A stretch of 64,000 nucleotides of DNA, taken from assembly GCF_001194135.2 (NCBI RefSeq), contig NC_068982.1:113075321-113139320 (forward strand), in the 5' to 3' direction. Origin of the DNA: Octopus bimaculoides. Taxonomy: Eukaryota. Below, piece by piece: positions 12,190-24,950 of the stretch. Position numbers and translations under genes: made by a program. Numbering within the stretch: position 1 is the stretch's first letter; each line of letters opens with the position of its first letter. The notes beneath the pieces are model-generated. The model saw nothing but the letters and a program-made list of their open reading frames with translations. It was not told the DNA's origin and made no database searches.

Positions 12190-13380
12190 TTTTGTACGTT
12201 CTTCAAAAATCCAAGTCTCTTCAGGCGTTTGTATAAATTTGTAGGAACATAGCTAAATACAGTATGAAGATGGGTATAAATAAGAAACTATAGTCAGTGT
12301 AATTCACCATAAATGTCTTTTTCTTGTATTTTGTTCCTTGGCCCGCTGAACAACAATATAAGATCCGTTATATTTCCACAGAATTGCTGTTTTTATTGGA
12401 GCGTTCTACCAATAGTCCTTGTTTTTAAACACATGAATAGATGTTGGTTCTGACATGCCGTTGGTGCATACGTTGGCGCAAACCTTCCTGGATAGCGTTG
12501 AAAATATTCTTTGCAACTATATCATGCCTCGGGGGCAAGTAGTCTCTCGTAGACATTCTGGGGCAGCTGATGATGGTGTGTGGGATATCTTCTGCACTGG
12601 TATAGCAGAGCCGACATTTCCTATCACAGTTGGATGTGTGGGAGTATCTGTGTCTTATGTTTAGGCATATACTTATAGTTGAGACGTATTGTATCTATTA
12701 CAGGTCCAGGAGAGGCTACTCGTCCTGTCAATGCTACTGTTGCCCTCTAGCTTACGAGAAAGGTATATTTGCATTTTGATGGTAGCTTGTTTAGGTAGGT
12801 AAATCCAGCCTCCTTTGGATGTCATGAGACATTCGTATTCTTTGAGTACCTGCACAATAGTTCATCACCAACTCTGAAGATGTTGTTCCTCTCACTTTTC
12901 AGTATTCGTGCAATGTACTCATTTCTTTCTTAATGGTTCAGCGGATGTTGTTTTAGTGATAAAATGGACATTCAAAGGCTATTGGACTGACATTACGCCT
13001 CTACCACCATTACTTCGTCTCTCATAGCACCTGTCAGTGTCATTGTTTTAGTGGAAGCTACCAATGGTGGTCGAACCTTTTTAGTTTTGATGTCTAAGCT
13101 GCGGATCTCGTCAAATATCCATTCCAGTATCGCAAATGTTGACACCAGCACTGACACCGCGAAATCATTGTGAAGTATCGTCTTTCTAAATGCAAACTGC
13201 TCTGAGTTCCACATTTTCTTGACTCTACAGAAGTACTCTTTTGTTATTCTGGCATTAGACTCAGTTCCAGCGTATACCACATTCTCATAAATTCTGCCAT
13301 TGTGTGTCAAATATACACGGCGTTGGTTAACAGAGCGAGCTCTTCTGGTACAAGATAACACAAGACCACATACCGCTCGA
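12190..13380 (-). mobile_element. Decayed R4/CRE-like RLE LINE
   Basis: ITKEYFCRVKKMWNSE..FAVSVLVSTFAILEW...IRSLDIKTKK matches the R4-clade RT C-terminal region; downstream are knuckle/RH-like and C-terminal motifs with many stops. Confidence 0.7.
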
Positions 13381-13767
13381 ACGACCGGGAATAAAATCTA
13401 GGAACTTCAGGAAATCGAACTGATGGCACATCCTAGCTTTCTTGGTTTATTACTTATTCCGATGTATAGCACAAATCCTGTGTTCGCGACGCTTCATCAA
13501 CCAAAACGAGGTGGAGGCTTCTGTAAATATCACATATCTTTGGTCAACGAGAATTGACTTGAAGTTACGCAGCAATTCTACACAATTACCACCATCACCT
13601 ACACGAACACTAATGCACTCGACACTACCACAACTACTAACCAACCATTTGAAAAATAACTTACAACTATAACGATATCAACATGAAAGCAACACTTGTA
13701 GGAACATATGTTGCATGTCAGAACATCTATTTATGTGAGAGAGAGAGAGAGAGGGAGAGAGAGAGAC

Positions 13768-13820
<53 letters not shown>

Positions 13821-13899
13821 AGGGGAAAGACAGTAGAGAATGTAGATTTAAGCCAGAGACACAAGTGAGGAAGTACTTAACTGTTACTCGGTAGCGGAG

Positions 13900-15000
13900 T
13901 TGATTGTTATAAAAGGCTAACAGATGCAGCAATACAGAAGGCGATGATTAGCTGAGCGAGAGGCAAATGGACCAGTTTGGATGCTTGATGCGAATATGCC
14001 AGACTTTTATTCGGATACCTTTTGGCACATGTCAACTGCAACTGACTGCAGAACGGTAGAATTTCATTTTGTAAATCGACGAGCGGTAAGACTGCTAAAT
14101 TATGCTTAAGGTTCGATTGATGGTTAGGGTTGTTGGAGGAGGGGAACCATATTGATAATTTTTGTCCCATAACTCTGCTGAACGCAGAGTTAAAAATTTT
14201 GACTGAGATGTTTGTGAAATAGTTGCTGTTACTAGTCGTTGGTCTGGTCGGTGATGCGCAGATACACATAATCTCAAAGAGATCTATCCATGACAAACTC
14301 CACCTCATGCGATGCATTAAAAAACAAGCACTTACAGAGACCTGGTTAACTAACATCGATAAAAGATTCCTTCCAATGTATCGACCATCAATACTTATCA
14401 GCTCTTGTCACAGCAGCGGCTTTCGGTCTCATCCTCAGAACCTGGATCGCTGTAATGTACCGCAGCGTCTATTTGGTAGTCAGAGTAAACGACCATGTAT
14501 CAGAATCATGCCGTGTTATGCACCCATTTCGTCTCATACCTAGATCCACTAATATGTTGAGAGCTTCCAACGCGAACTAGAAGGCGGAATATCTGTGTTG
14601 ATATAATCGTAACACTGTCAAATACCAAGCACGTAGAGGCGAGTGGCACCGCTCCTAAGGCATAAAGAGTGGTAAGAAGAGAAAAGTAACTAGAAAAGTT
14701 GGTGAGTTTGCAATTAGACTTTTGGAAGAGTACGCCAATGACATCTAAATGCGTCTTGTGACGCTGGAGGGATGTACCAGTTATAATTTTGGAGGCCCTA
14801 GTTCTCCATGTGGATAATAGCTTGCACGCGGCGACGAGTAGGGTGGCGAATCTCACAAAGAAATTGGCTGAAAGAAACATAATCCTTAATAGCTCTACTG
14901 AGGTGCCGAACGCTTATAAGTGCTTCCATAATCTATTACCGTTGGTACGATTCACTTCTGAACAGACTGGAGAATCTCCTCTTTCACTTTTGTAGAAGGG
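13900..15000 (+). mobile_element. Decayed APE-endonuclease LINE fragment (CR1/L2-like)
   Basis: ..KQALTETWL.. (APE ETW motif) and PTR..xDIIVT motif; heavily disrupted. Confidence 0.45.
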
Positions 15001-15665
15001 ATGCATTCTGCTGGGTAAACTCTCTATCTGCTGCCAACACCCGTTACGCGGTGGACTTGGAATAGTGTGAAAACGATATGTTAAGGTTACATCTTCAGCG
15101 ATTCTTTGATGGTGAGCACGTGAGGGTCACTGTTTTTCAGATATGTTTACCTCAGCTCGGCTCTGACAAAGTTTTAATCCTGTTTCAACGAAAACCGAAA
15201 CACCGTTATTAACATTTGAAACATCATCAAACACGTAGAGCCTTCTACTACTTATTACGGTGGATGGAAATTCCAAATTGGCTTTTTATAGAGGATTAGT
15301 TGTAGGGGTAACCGAGATGCACCCAGAGTTGACGAAACCGTTCTACACGACCTAGTACAGTGCTCCAGCATTGCTGAATTGTGGGTTTATGTCGAACACT
15401 TACTGTCGTGTGTAGGACAGATCTGGCTATCAACTTAGACCATCGTGAAGATCTCTCGTCGCCTTCATTGGCCAGGAAGGGCAGGAATGTTTCTTTGTTG
15501 GCCTTAGCGAAAGAGGTTGTGTGGTGGACCAGGTCCTCTTTGGTCAAGTTTGAAAGTTTAAAAAGTGAAGTGAGGCTAGAGAGGGAAGTGCTGTCTCTCA
15601 GCAATTTTGTTAAAAGGCGACGAATGTTGCGCGAATGGCTCTAACCATGCGCCTCTAAATCGAGG
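15000..15665 (+). mobile_element. Tx1/L1-like LINE ORF2 C-terminal fragment
   Basis: EHLLSCVGQIWLS..IVKI..PSLARKG...LALAKEVVWWTR...VRLEREVLS..NFVKR; homologous to 37385-37800. Confidence 0.6.
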
Positions 15666-15890
15666 NNNNNNNNNNNNNNNNNNNNNNNNNNNNNNNNNNN
15701 NNNNNNNNNNNNNNNNNNNNNNNNNNNNNNNNNNNNNNNNNNNNNNNNNNNNNNNNNNNNNNNNNNNNNNNNNNNNNNNNNNNNNNNNNNNNNNNNNNNN
15801 NNNNNNNNNNNNNNNNNNNNNNNNNNNNNNNNNNNNNNNNNNNNNNNNNNNNNNNNNNNNNNNNNNNNNNNNNNNNNNNNNNNNNNNNNT

Positions 15891-16032
<142 letters not shown>

Positions 16033-16419
16033 AGAAAATTGTGGCCGTTATTGCTATATGAGGGACGAATTGTTTATTGTTAATTGTGTAGCCTAAGGAG
16101 CAACTAGGTAAAGAGGTGTGTAGTTTCTACCTTTTTTGAATAAATACTTTTGGGAGAAAAAATAATATGGTTATCATCTCTAAATAAAATAAAAGACTTG
16201 GATTAACACAAAATAAAACAATTTTAAATGACTGGACAAGGAGGAGAGGAAAGTTGGTGGGAACAATAAAAAAAAAACGTGAAATAAATCTGTCTCAGCA
16301 GCTATAGCTACAAACAAATACAGTAATCATTGCTGCTGCCTTAGCAACCAAGAAATTGACGTCACAGCCAAAGCCTGTACGTCACAGCAAAAAACAAGGA
16401 TTTGTTGTTAATGTCAGAA

Positions 16420-16534
16420 TCTGCAGCAGCAACAGCAACAAGAACAGCAATAAAATAGCCCTCCTCTTCTTCTTCCTCCTCCTTTGCATCATCATCATCA
16501 TTATCATCATCATCATCATCACCACCATCACCAT

Positions 16535-16565
<31 letters not shown>

Positions 16566-16632
16566 AGCAGCAGTATCACCACCACCACTACCACCACCAC
16601 AATCACCGTCACTGTCGTCGTCGTAACCGTCG

Positions 16633-16692
<60 letters not shown>

Positions 16693-16725
16693 CCAACACT
16701 ATCATCATCAATAATAACAACGATA
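16420..16725. repeat. Mosaic trinucleotide microsatellite (CAG/CAT/CAC/GTC)
   Basis: Direct inspection; generates poly-H/I/D/M ORFs in several frames. Confidence 0.9.
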
Positions 16726-18559
16726 GCCAAAAAGTGGCCATAATTAATTAAACTGCAAAGATATCACATTTGACGATGTTGCCACTCAGTTGACCCTTTC
16801 TTTGTTTGAAATACGTGTGCCCTAGAGTTATTTTACTTCCAAGATCAAAACCCTGAAAGTGGGCAAAACCCCGAAAATGATCAAAACCCAAAAGAGATAT
16901 AATACAAATACACATATCTATACTTATTTTACATATCGAGTGGTTTGCAGTTATGTAGAAGCACCCCAAATTCAGTGAGTGTATATACGTGCATTTATAT
17001 ATATATATTTTTGCATGTATATGTGTAAAATACGTTCACGTATATTACGAAATCAGTTTCGGTATCGGTGTGAGACTCAGCCTACGTATGTATTTACTCA
17101 TTTATACATAGATTTATGCGTCGTTCTTGGCAGTTTTCCAAAAAAATAATTGATGTATTTTGCCAAATTCAGATATAATATTTCATGCCAGCTTTTGTTC
17201 CTCAACATGAACTGAATTGTGAGAAAAATACAGAGAGAAATAACTCTGTAATGAAAATCTTTATATTGCTCCCCACATTAAATAACATATCTTACATTAC
17301 ATATCTTTTTTTTTAACCTCTCAATAATATAATTTCACTTGTAATACAATTACAAGCAATAACATGTCTATATAAAATTTTAAATTAACCACAATTATGA
17401 TGTAAAAGCAAATAATGCATTCAATAACCTTAGTAATTTGTCATATCTATTCATTCAGTTTTACAATACAGTATAAAAACCAGATCAACAATAGCTTCAA
17501 GCAAGCCACTTTAGTTATATGTGCTGGAGAAATATAAGTGAACAGCATTCAAAGACAAATTTTCAATAAATGAAAGAAGAATTGTTTCAGTTAGTCATGG
17601 CATGTTGGCTTAATGGCTATGTTTTATTTTGAGTTAGGATCTCCCAATTTTCTTTTTAGCTTATCCGTCTGATATACAATTAGATCGTTTATCACGGTAA
17701 ATTTTTGAATGATTGAAGAAGCACATTATGTAAAATTGGTTTGACGTTTAAGGTTAATAATTTATACATCACTGCCCCCACTATAAACTGGCATGCTTGC
17801 CGATGTCCACTTTACACACAGTTTGATGTTTCTGTAACAGTGGTTGTGTTTGCGCATAGTTAAACATATAAACCCATCGCACCAACAAAGTAAACATCTG
17901 TTTCAGGAAATAAAAACAAGATCAGACTTGTTGAATCGTCACCACCATTTATATTGAAGTAAGTCTACCACTGAACTCCTTTTTTTTTTTTTTTGGCGGC
18001 TATTAAAATAAATTTTGGAACATTCAGAACTACATTAGATTTCGGTGATATATAATGTGCCACCATATTGTAGATTCCCTATATTATTCTGATAATTAAT
18101 GCAATATACACCTATAGTTCAACCAGCTTGATAGCCTCGTTATTCATACATTAACAAGAACCTTTCTCTTAACACTTAAGCCATTGCACATAGTAATCAG
18201 TTCCACAAACCCTTAAACGATTTATATAATTAACTTTAGCCGATTTGTTTGGACGCGATATATTCATTCAAATTTACCTCTCTGTCAATTTGAAGGGATT
18301 AGAAGCCAGAGTTTTTTAAATCTCCTCAGAAATAGATAATCTTTGTGATAGAACGTCTGATGCAACAATCTATAAAACATTTTCTTTCTGTTCCATAGTC
18401 ACTCTGTCTCCATACGTTAAAATCTTTCACCAACAAAGTAATTTTGTCTGTTCAGCCGAGCGACATTTTTCTTACTCTTTTAAGCATTTCGATTCTTTGA
18501 TTCCGAACCATCTCTCCTATTGGTATTTAACATACTTTTTCTATTACAGACAACTTTAC

Positions 18560-21200
18560 TTATCATGAGGCATTCACAGCAAAAGTCAAAAAGAATCATG
18601 GCATATCCTTTCTTTTGCTCTGACATGGCTATGTTGTTAAGAAGTTTGCCAGGGTTTTTGCGTGCTAAAGATGTGAGAGAAGGGAACAGAGATAGGATAG
18701 GGAGTAATTTTAAAATCGTGTACAGTCGAGAACATGTATATATGTGTATGTGTGTACATACATCAAAGTTGGGTGTGGCAAGTCATATATTTATTCTTCA
18801 GATTTCAGTGAGAAGAAAACCTGATGAGTGTGCTCTAGTGCTTATACTCACGCTGCGATTGGCCTGTATGCTAGGAAAATTTACACTCACGAGGACGGTA
18901 CATACAACTTGACTTTTACAGTTTAGGTGGAGAAAGGTCTTTTTCTCGGCCGAACAAATCCTGTAACTCTTAGTGCTGTTAAAATGAGGTTTAGCCTTTT
19001 CCAGTATCCTCCACTTGATTTTGTGATGCTCAGTAATTGTCATCAATGTCCATAAAGACTTCGCTATGTATATGTAGCCTTCCGGCTCTCTTGGATATGA
19101 ACAAAATCTTGTGGTTGTTGAATCTGTTTCTAAAGGGACTTTTTGGCAACCCCTATATTTACACACTGTCACTCCATTAGACACTTTTGACTCTTCCTCC
19201 ACCTCCTAAATAATGGTTTCTGTATTGCAATGGGGATAAAGTTAACATAAGGTTTTTAATTGTGCATAACCAACCTGCATCTGTTTTCCGTTTGTGCTTA
19301 CTTTCTTATATTTTCATTATGCTACGAACGCACCTAAAATGCCCCTCAAGATGTGTCTGGTATATATTTTCCTGTATCTATGTATTTGAAGGTAGATATC
19401 CTGCCTACACAACCTTTTGCATTCAGGGAAAATGGAGGTGAAAAAGATGAAAAGTAAAGTCGAATCCGGCGTTTTCTTTCAGTGAGTTTAAGATCAGTTA
19501 CCTACCATATCTTATCCTTAAATACTCTGGGGAACAGCATCTTGTCATGTGGGGCTGCGGTGTGGAAGATCTACTTTTTCGAATACAGGTAGGAAATGTC
19601 GCTCCGATACCTCTTGAGAAGATTCCCGAAAAATATGGCTCGACGTGTTAATATGTATCAGCCTTCAAGCTGGCTGAATCGTTATCACACCAGACATTTC
19701 GTTCGTCTTTACTTTCTGGGTTGAAATGCCGCCGGGTTCGACTTTACTTTTCATCTTTTCGAGCCCGATAAAATAAGTACCAGTCGAGTACTGGGTTAGA
19801 TGTCATCGACTTACCTCCACCCTGAAATTGTTGGCCTTGTGCCGAAGTTTGAAACCAATGTATGTCAGCCTGTAACTCGGCTAGGCAATAGTGTCTAAGT
19901 CTAATGTCACATCCAGTAACTTGACCACTTTCAGATTGGGCTTTGTCGTGACTTTGAGCATAATCGAATCAAGGGCTTCGGTTAAATGTTTACTCAGCCT
20001 ATCCAGTGAGTGCCAAAAGATCGTTCCAATAGAATCAAAACCTAGTTGATGGATATTTTCTAGTGAGCATATCTAGAATGAGAGAAAGGCCTTATAAGCT
20101 TTTTCTTCCAACTTCAACATCGGAAGAGCCAACAGAGTCAGTCTACTAAACTCAATCGAAACCATGTTGAGATTTAGGATTTTCCTGCTCAGCAAAATGA
20201 TGTTTAAGTCCTTACCCTTATCTTTGGTATAAGTCCTAGCAAATTTCATTGCTCTGTATAACAAATCCCTTGATATAGATTGATAAAAGTGCACTGTATC
20301 GAATTGAATGAACATTGACATACTTACGTCGGCTTTCTTATTAAAGCATAAAATGACCTCATCGTCTGTGAGTCATAGAGAAAAGCCAGATACACTCCTA
20401 ATTATTATTGATCTTCTTGAGCAGACATTTGCTCACCAAAGCGATGTTCGGCATCGCAAGAATGCTCAGCTGACATTTGGTTTAGAGGCAAAAATAGGTT
20501 TATGGTCTTTAACTTAGTGTGCGCTGAAGTTTGTACCCTACTCTCGACATCTAATCTACTTGCTGCTATTTTGGAATCATTATAAATGCTCTAGTATGTC
20601 TTTGGGGTAGTTTTCATGCATGTTTGTGTAATATTGCTGGTTAGCAGCAGTACGTAAGTATCATTATTTCCTTTATATACATTTATACTCTTGTCTGCGA
20701 AGAGTAATGCTCTCCAAAATGTCTTAAGTTTGTTTAGAAAACGAATAGCAGGTGTATAGAATTTCAGCTTCGGTATTATGTCCAATAAATCATCTTCAAA
20801 GCTCCCAGTTGTTTGATCCTGGGTGGCAATTGTCTACATCTAATGCCGAATTGCTCAGAATTTGCAGGTGGTTGTGCCTGGACGTTGAAGAAAGCTTTCT
20901 TTATACGCATGTCCAAGTCCATCATATTCTCTAGTAGAATCTTCGTGTAGAATTCATTGGGATCCGAGGTCATATAATGACACAACGATGAAAAAATATA
21001 TGAATTTATAGCATGAAATCTTAAATGATTCCGAAAAGCGCACAGCCAAAGATAGCAGCTATAGAATACAATTTACAAGTTGAGAACTCTCTCCGTCAGG
21101 GCATCTGACTAGACTGTAAGAGTGAAGATTCTTTTTATCCTGCTCATATGAGCGTGACCGAACATGAATAGAAGCACTGGAGCACACCCATCGGATGATC
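18560..21200 (-). mobile_element. Decayed Penelope-like retroelement (RT + GIY-YIG), interrupted by a SINE
   Basis: FIQFDTVHFYQSIS..LL..AMKFAR (PLE RT), KAFF..Q...FGIR..QLPP, and YIA..LWTL...KIKWRILEKAKP.FN.TK..RIC.AEK (GIY-YIG C-terminus). Related ~33-bp segments at 18820-18852 (+) and 21163-21194 (-). Confidence 0.75.
19667..19857 (+). mobile_element. tRNA-derived SINE (family A)
   Basis: gctggctgaatcgtt..ttcgactttacttttcatc..gataaaataagtaccag..ggccttgtgcc. Confidence 0.75.
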
Positions 21201-21297
21201 TGCTCACCGAAATCTAAAAAAATTGACATAAAATTTGCCACACCCAGTTGTGATGCGTGTGTGTGTGGCTGTGCGTGTGGGTGTGTGTGTGTGTGTA

Positions 21298-21334
<37 letters not shown>

Positions 21335-24300
21335 CAGATCGGTACATGTATATGTACATGACCATATATGATTTTACAATTATCCTGTACACTCCAGAAT
21401 CCCATCCCCTACTTCTGTGTCCGACCTTGCTCTCACATCGGCTTCTACATTACACCCCAGGCAAATATTTTCCATAGTCAGTGACCCATTTGATCTTCCT
21501 TCCAAAGGGCATAATTCCAGTGAACTAAAAAGAATTTTCTACCATAGATTTTGACCTGGGCGTTCAGTTGTTTTTTTTATAATCACCCTAAGATCCACAA
21601 GCCGGATATCATACTTCCAGCATTCAGTGGCCAAAAAGAAAAAAAGAAAAAAGAAAAAAGAAAAAAGAAAAATACGCCGTATCATTCCATATTGTTCTTT
21701 CTCATGATTCCCGGGTTTGTCTCAATTCCTGGCATGAAATCGATTGATAAATTGGCTGGCATGCGAATATAGTATTGTATTTTATAAATAACAATGCACT
21801 ACTCTTGTAACCAATATACGAACGCCTGCAATTTTCGCACTCATAAATTTTAGACAAGTATACATACATGCATGCATACTTATATACATGTATACTCACA
21901 CATACATATACATATGTGAGTCTACGTATTCGCGTGCGCTTACATAATGTGCGTACATGTTTGTGCATAACTGTATATCTTCAACAAATATATGTATGTA
22001 TGTATGAATGTATGTATATACAAATGAACGAAATTTTGTTAAGAACACGAAAATCCGGTGCTTTCGAATAAAGATCATCGTTTGCATGTTTGTTTCTTTG
22101 CTTGATTTTAATTTTGTTTTTTTCACCTAATTGTGTAGATACTACTTTATCACTCCCACTTATCACATTGAATCAGTATTTGGCTCTTTGGGAAACTGTA
22201 ATTAACGTTGCTATTGTACATCAATTACGCTATATATTGAAATAAAATAAAATATAAACGTTTATACACTTGCTTTTTGTTATTGCCATTATCGATCAGT
22301 TATAGAATGCAATATTTTGTATCGTTAGCAATTCAGTATATACATTCGGTATAATAAATTCAGTATAATAACTTACATTCAGTATAATAAATTATTTTGT
22401 CAGTTTCTCTCTTTGTCACTCATTGATTAGAAATCTGTTGGAGCAGATATATTTTCTCTTCTGACAGTTTTCGAAGTGTGTAACCTGTAATAAATCACCA
22501 CGTTATCCTACCGCTAAATCACGTGTTGCTATATTAGCAACGACCCTTCGGTAACATGACGTACTCCATTTTCTTACTCCATAACACCTATTGCATCACT
22601 TCCGGTGTGCCTTCATTACAAGACTAAAAGCAATGTTCTACGTTGGATTAAAAATTACTTTTATGAGTATTCTTTTCTACTATGAATATACTTTGCTTTT
22701 TTATTATTTTTAGCCTAGGTTTTGCTCTCGTCCATTGCAGCTTTTGATTTGGATCTATAATTTCGCACTTCTCACCAGAAAGTTTAAAATAACTAATATG
22801 AACGTCATTCTTTCCTTCTCAAGGTGAAGTCGAATATATCGCGTAAATAAGAATATATTCTAAGTATAACTCATAAAACTCATGGAACGTAAACATATTG
22901 AAATAACGTATATAGCAATTAGCTACTCTTACCACCAGATGTCATCTAATTTGTGTATTGCTGATACAGGGCAACCATTTCAACTTGTGATTTACAAGAG
23001 AATAAATTGTATAATTCATACCCACAATGAAATGTGTAAGTTTTACATATAAGGGCATCTGTGTTTCTTCAGCGTATGTGTTTGAACGTGTATAGATCGG
23101 TGCACTTGTACTTCCTACGTCAGGATTTTGCTTTAAAACATATATTAAAGAAATGAATTGTACTTGTCTCTATTAACGGTCATACAGTTTTTTGGACACT
23201 TTTGTTCCATTGTTTGAAATGATAAAGTAGCAAGCGATAATTGCATATTCTCGCTTCTGCTATGTAATCAAAGTGTATTTTGTCTAATATCCAAGGTGTG
23301 TTTGCAATAGCATTTGAGTTAATACTTAGAAGCATAAGATTGGTTTGGAACATTTGATATTTTTTCCATTGTTTGTTTCCAGATTTAAACATTTGTTTAC
23401 TTATGGTTTTGATGTTTACTTTACCTTTATTAAATGCACGAGACGCGTCTGTTCATATTTAGACACTAGTATCGATTTCAAACTACGGTAGTTTATTTTT
23501 TGTTTTTGTGTCGAGTGAGAGAAAATTATAGAAATATTAGTTCAATTTCAATATTTTGTCTATCTTTGTCTTGTGTAATGAAGCGTATTACAATAACAGA
23601 TTTGCCAACAAGATTATGTTAAACTCTCTCCTTCAAAATAACAATTAGATTCATGAATTGTACAAATTTCATGCTTCTAATTGAATTTGTATATCACAAA
23701 TTCCAACTAAACAGTAAGATGAATAAATTCAATTATAATCTTGTTCTATGTTGAAGAATATAAATCAAATCTCCCTATGGAGAATCAAAGTTGCACCGAT
23801 GACTTCATCTGCCAATAATTTACCCATGAAACCACACAAACTTCATTAACAATATGTAAAGCAACAACACCGCCTTTGATGATAGCTTATTTCATGATTA
23901 AATGAAATGAAATTGAGTTTGTTCATACGAATATCTTTGTATGGTGTGTTCTAAATAAAATGGTGTGTTCAAAGTAAATTACCTATATCATGATGGGTAA
24001 TGTGCAACTTCGTCAATTACGAGAGCAATGTGTGCATTGAAATGTNNNNNNNNNNGGGGGCTAAATGATCGATGCGATAAAGTATCTTAATAGTATTCGT
24101 AATTAGCGACTTTAAAGTAACTGAATGGTAACCCTAAGGAACACTTAGTGCTAGTTCCTACGGACCGATCAAACAGATATAGGGTATAACTTATTTTGTA
24201 TTATACATTTCAGGGCGGTGAATTAGTGCACATTAGCTATAGAATTTGAAAGAATGTAAATTTGTTGCAATCGATGTTCAAATTGGGCTTTGGCAAGTTA

Positions 24301-24742
24301 ATATTTTGGGAGGAAGAAAAGACGGAGACAATTGTTGAGTTGCAGTTCCGGATAAAATAGATACATGTAGTGTGTTCTTTTTGTAAGGTGACTAATGTAA
24401 CGATATCGAAAAAATAATTGATTGTTGTTGATATTGTGTAGCTCAGGTCATTTTAGTTTGAGAGTATAACTACAAGACATTACAAGTATAACTATAACGA
24501 TCACTTTATAACTATATATGTATCTGAAACTACATCATCCACACCTATTTTTTTAAAGTCAGATCTGAGATTTGGGAGTGATTTGTATGGCATCGCCTGT
24601 AGTCTTCTGTGACTGTCTGAGATGAATTGGATGGTAGTGGTAATTAATTTAGTAGTGTACAGAAGCATTAAATTCTGTAGAATACAAGAGATACAAAAAA
24701 AACACAGTGCCTCAACGATCTACAAGTTGATAGAAATATTCT

Positions 24743-24950
24743 TTTCTACTCTAGGTACAAGGCCTGAAATTTTGGGGGAGCGGGCTAGTCGATTAGAGCG
24801 ACCCCAGTACGCATCTGATGATTAATTTTTCGACCCTGAAAGGATGAAAGGCAAAGTCGACCTCAACGGAATTTGAACTTAGAACATAAAGACAGGCGAA
24901 ATACCGCTAAGAATTTCGCCCGGCGTGCTAACGTTTCTGCTAGCTCACCA
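24743..24950 (-). mobile_element. tRNA-derived SINE (family A)
   Basis: tttctactctaggtacaaggcctgaaattttggg..cgaccctgaaaggatgaaaggcaaagtcgacctc..gaatttgaact..gctagctcacc. Confidence 0.85.

Noticed and set aside
16356-16751. Poly-His/Gln/Asp/Met ORFs resembling a metal-binding or biomineral protein
   Set aside because: A trinucleotide microsatellite mosaic open in most frames on both strands; no splice signals or complex flanking coding sequence.
17907-17958. Plus-strand exon-like segment (cag|..GAA|GTAAGT; NKNKIRLVESSPPFIL)
   Set aside because: Isolated, with no partner exons identified; GTAAGT is expected many times by chance in 64 kb of AT-rich DNA.
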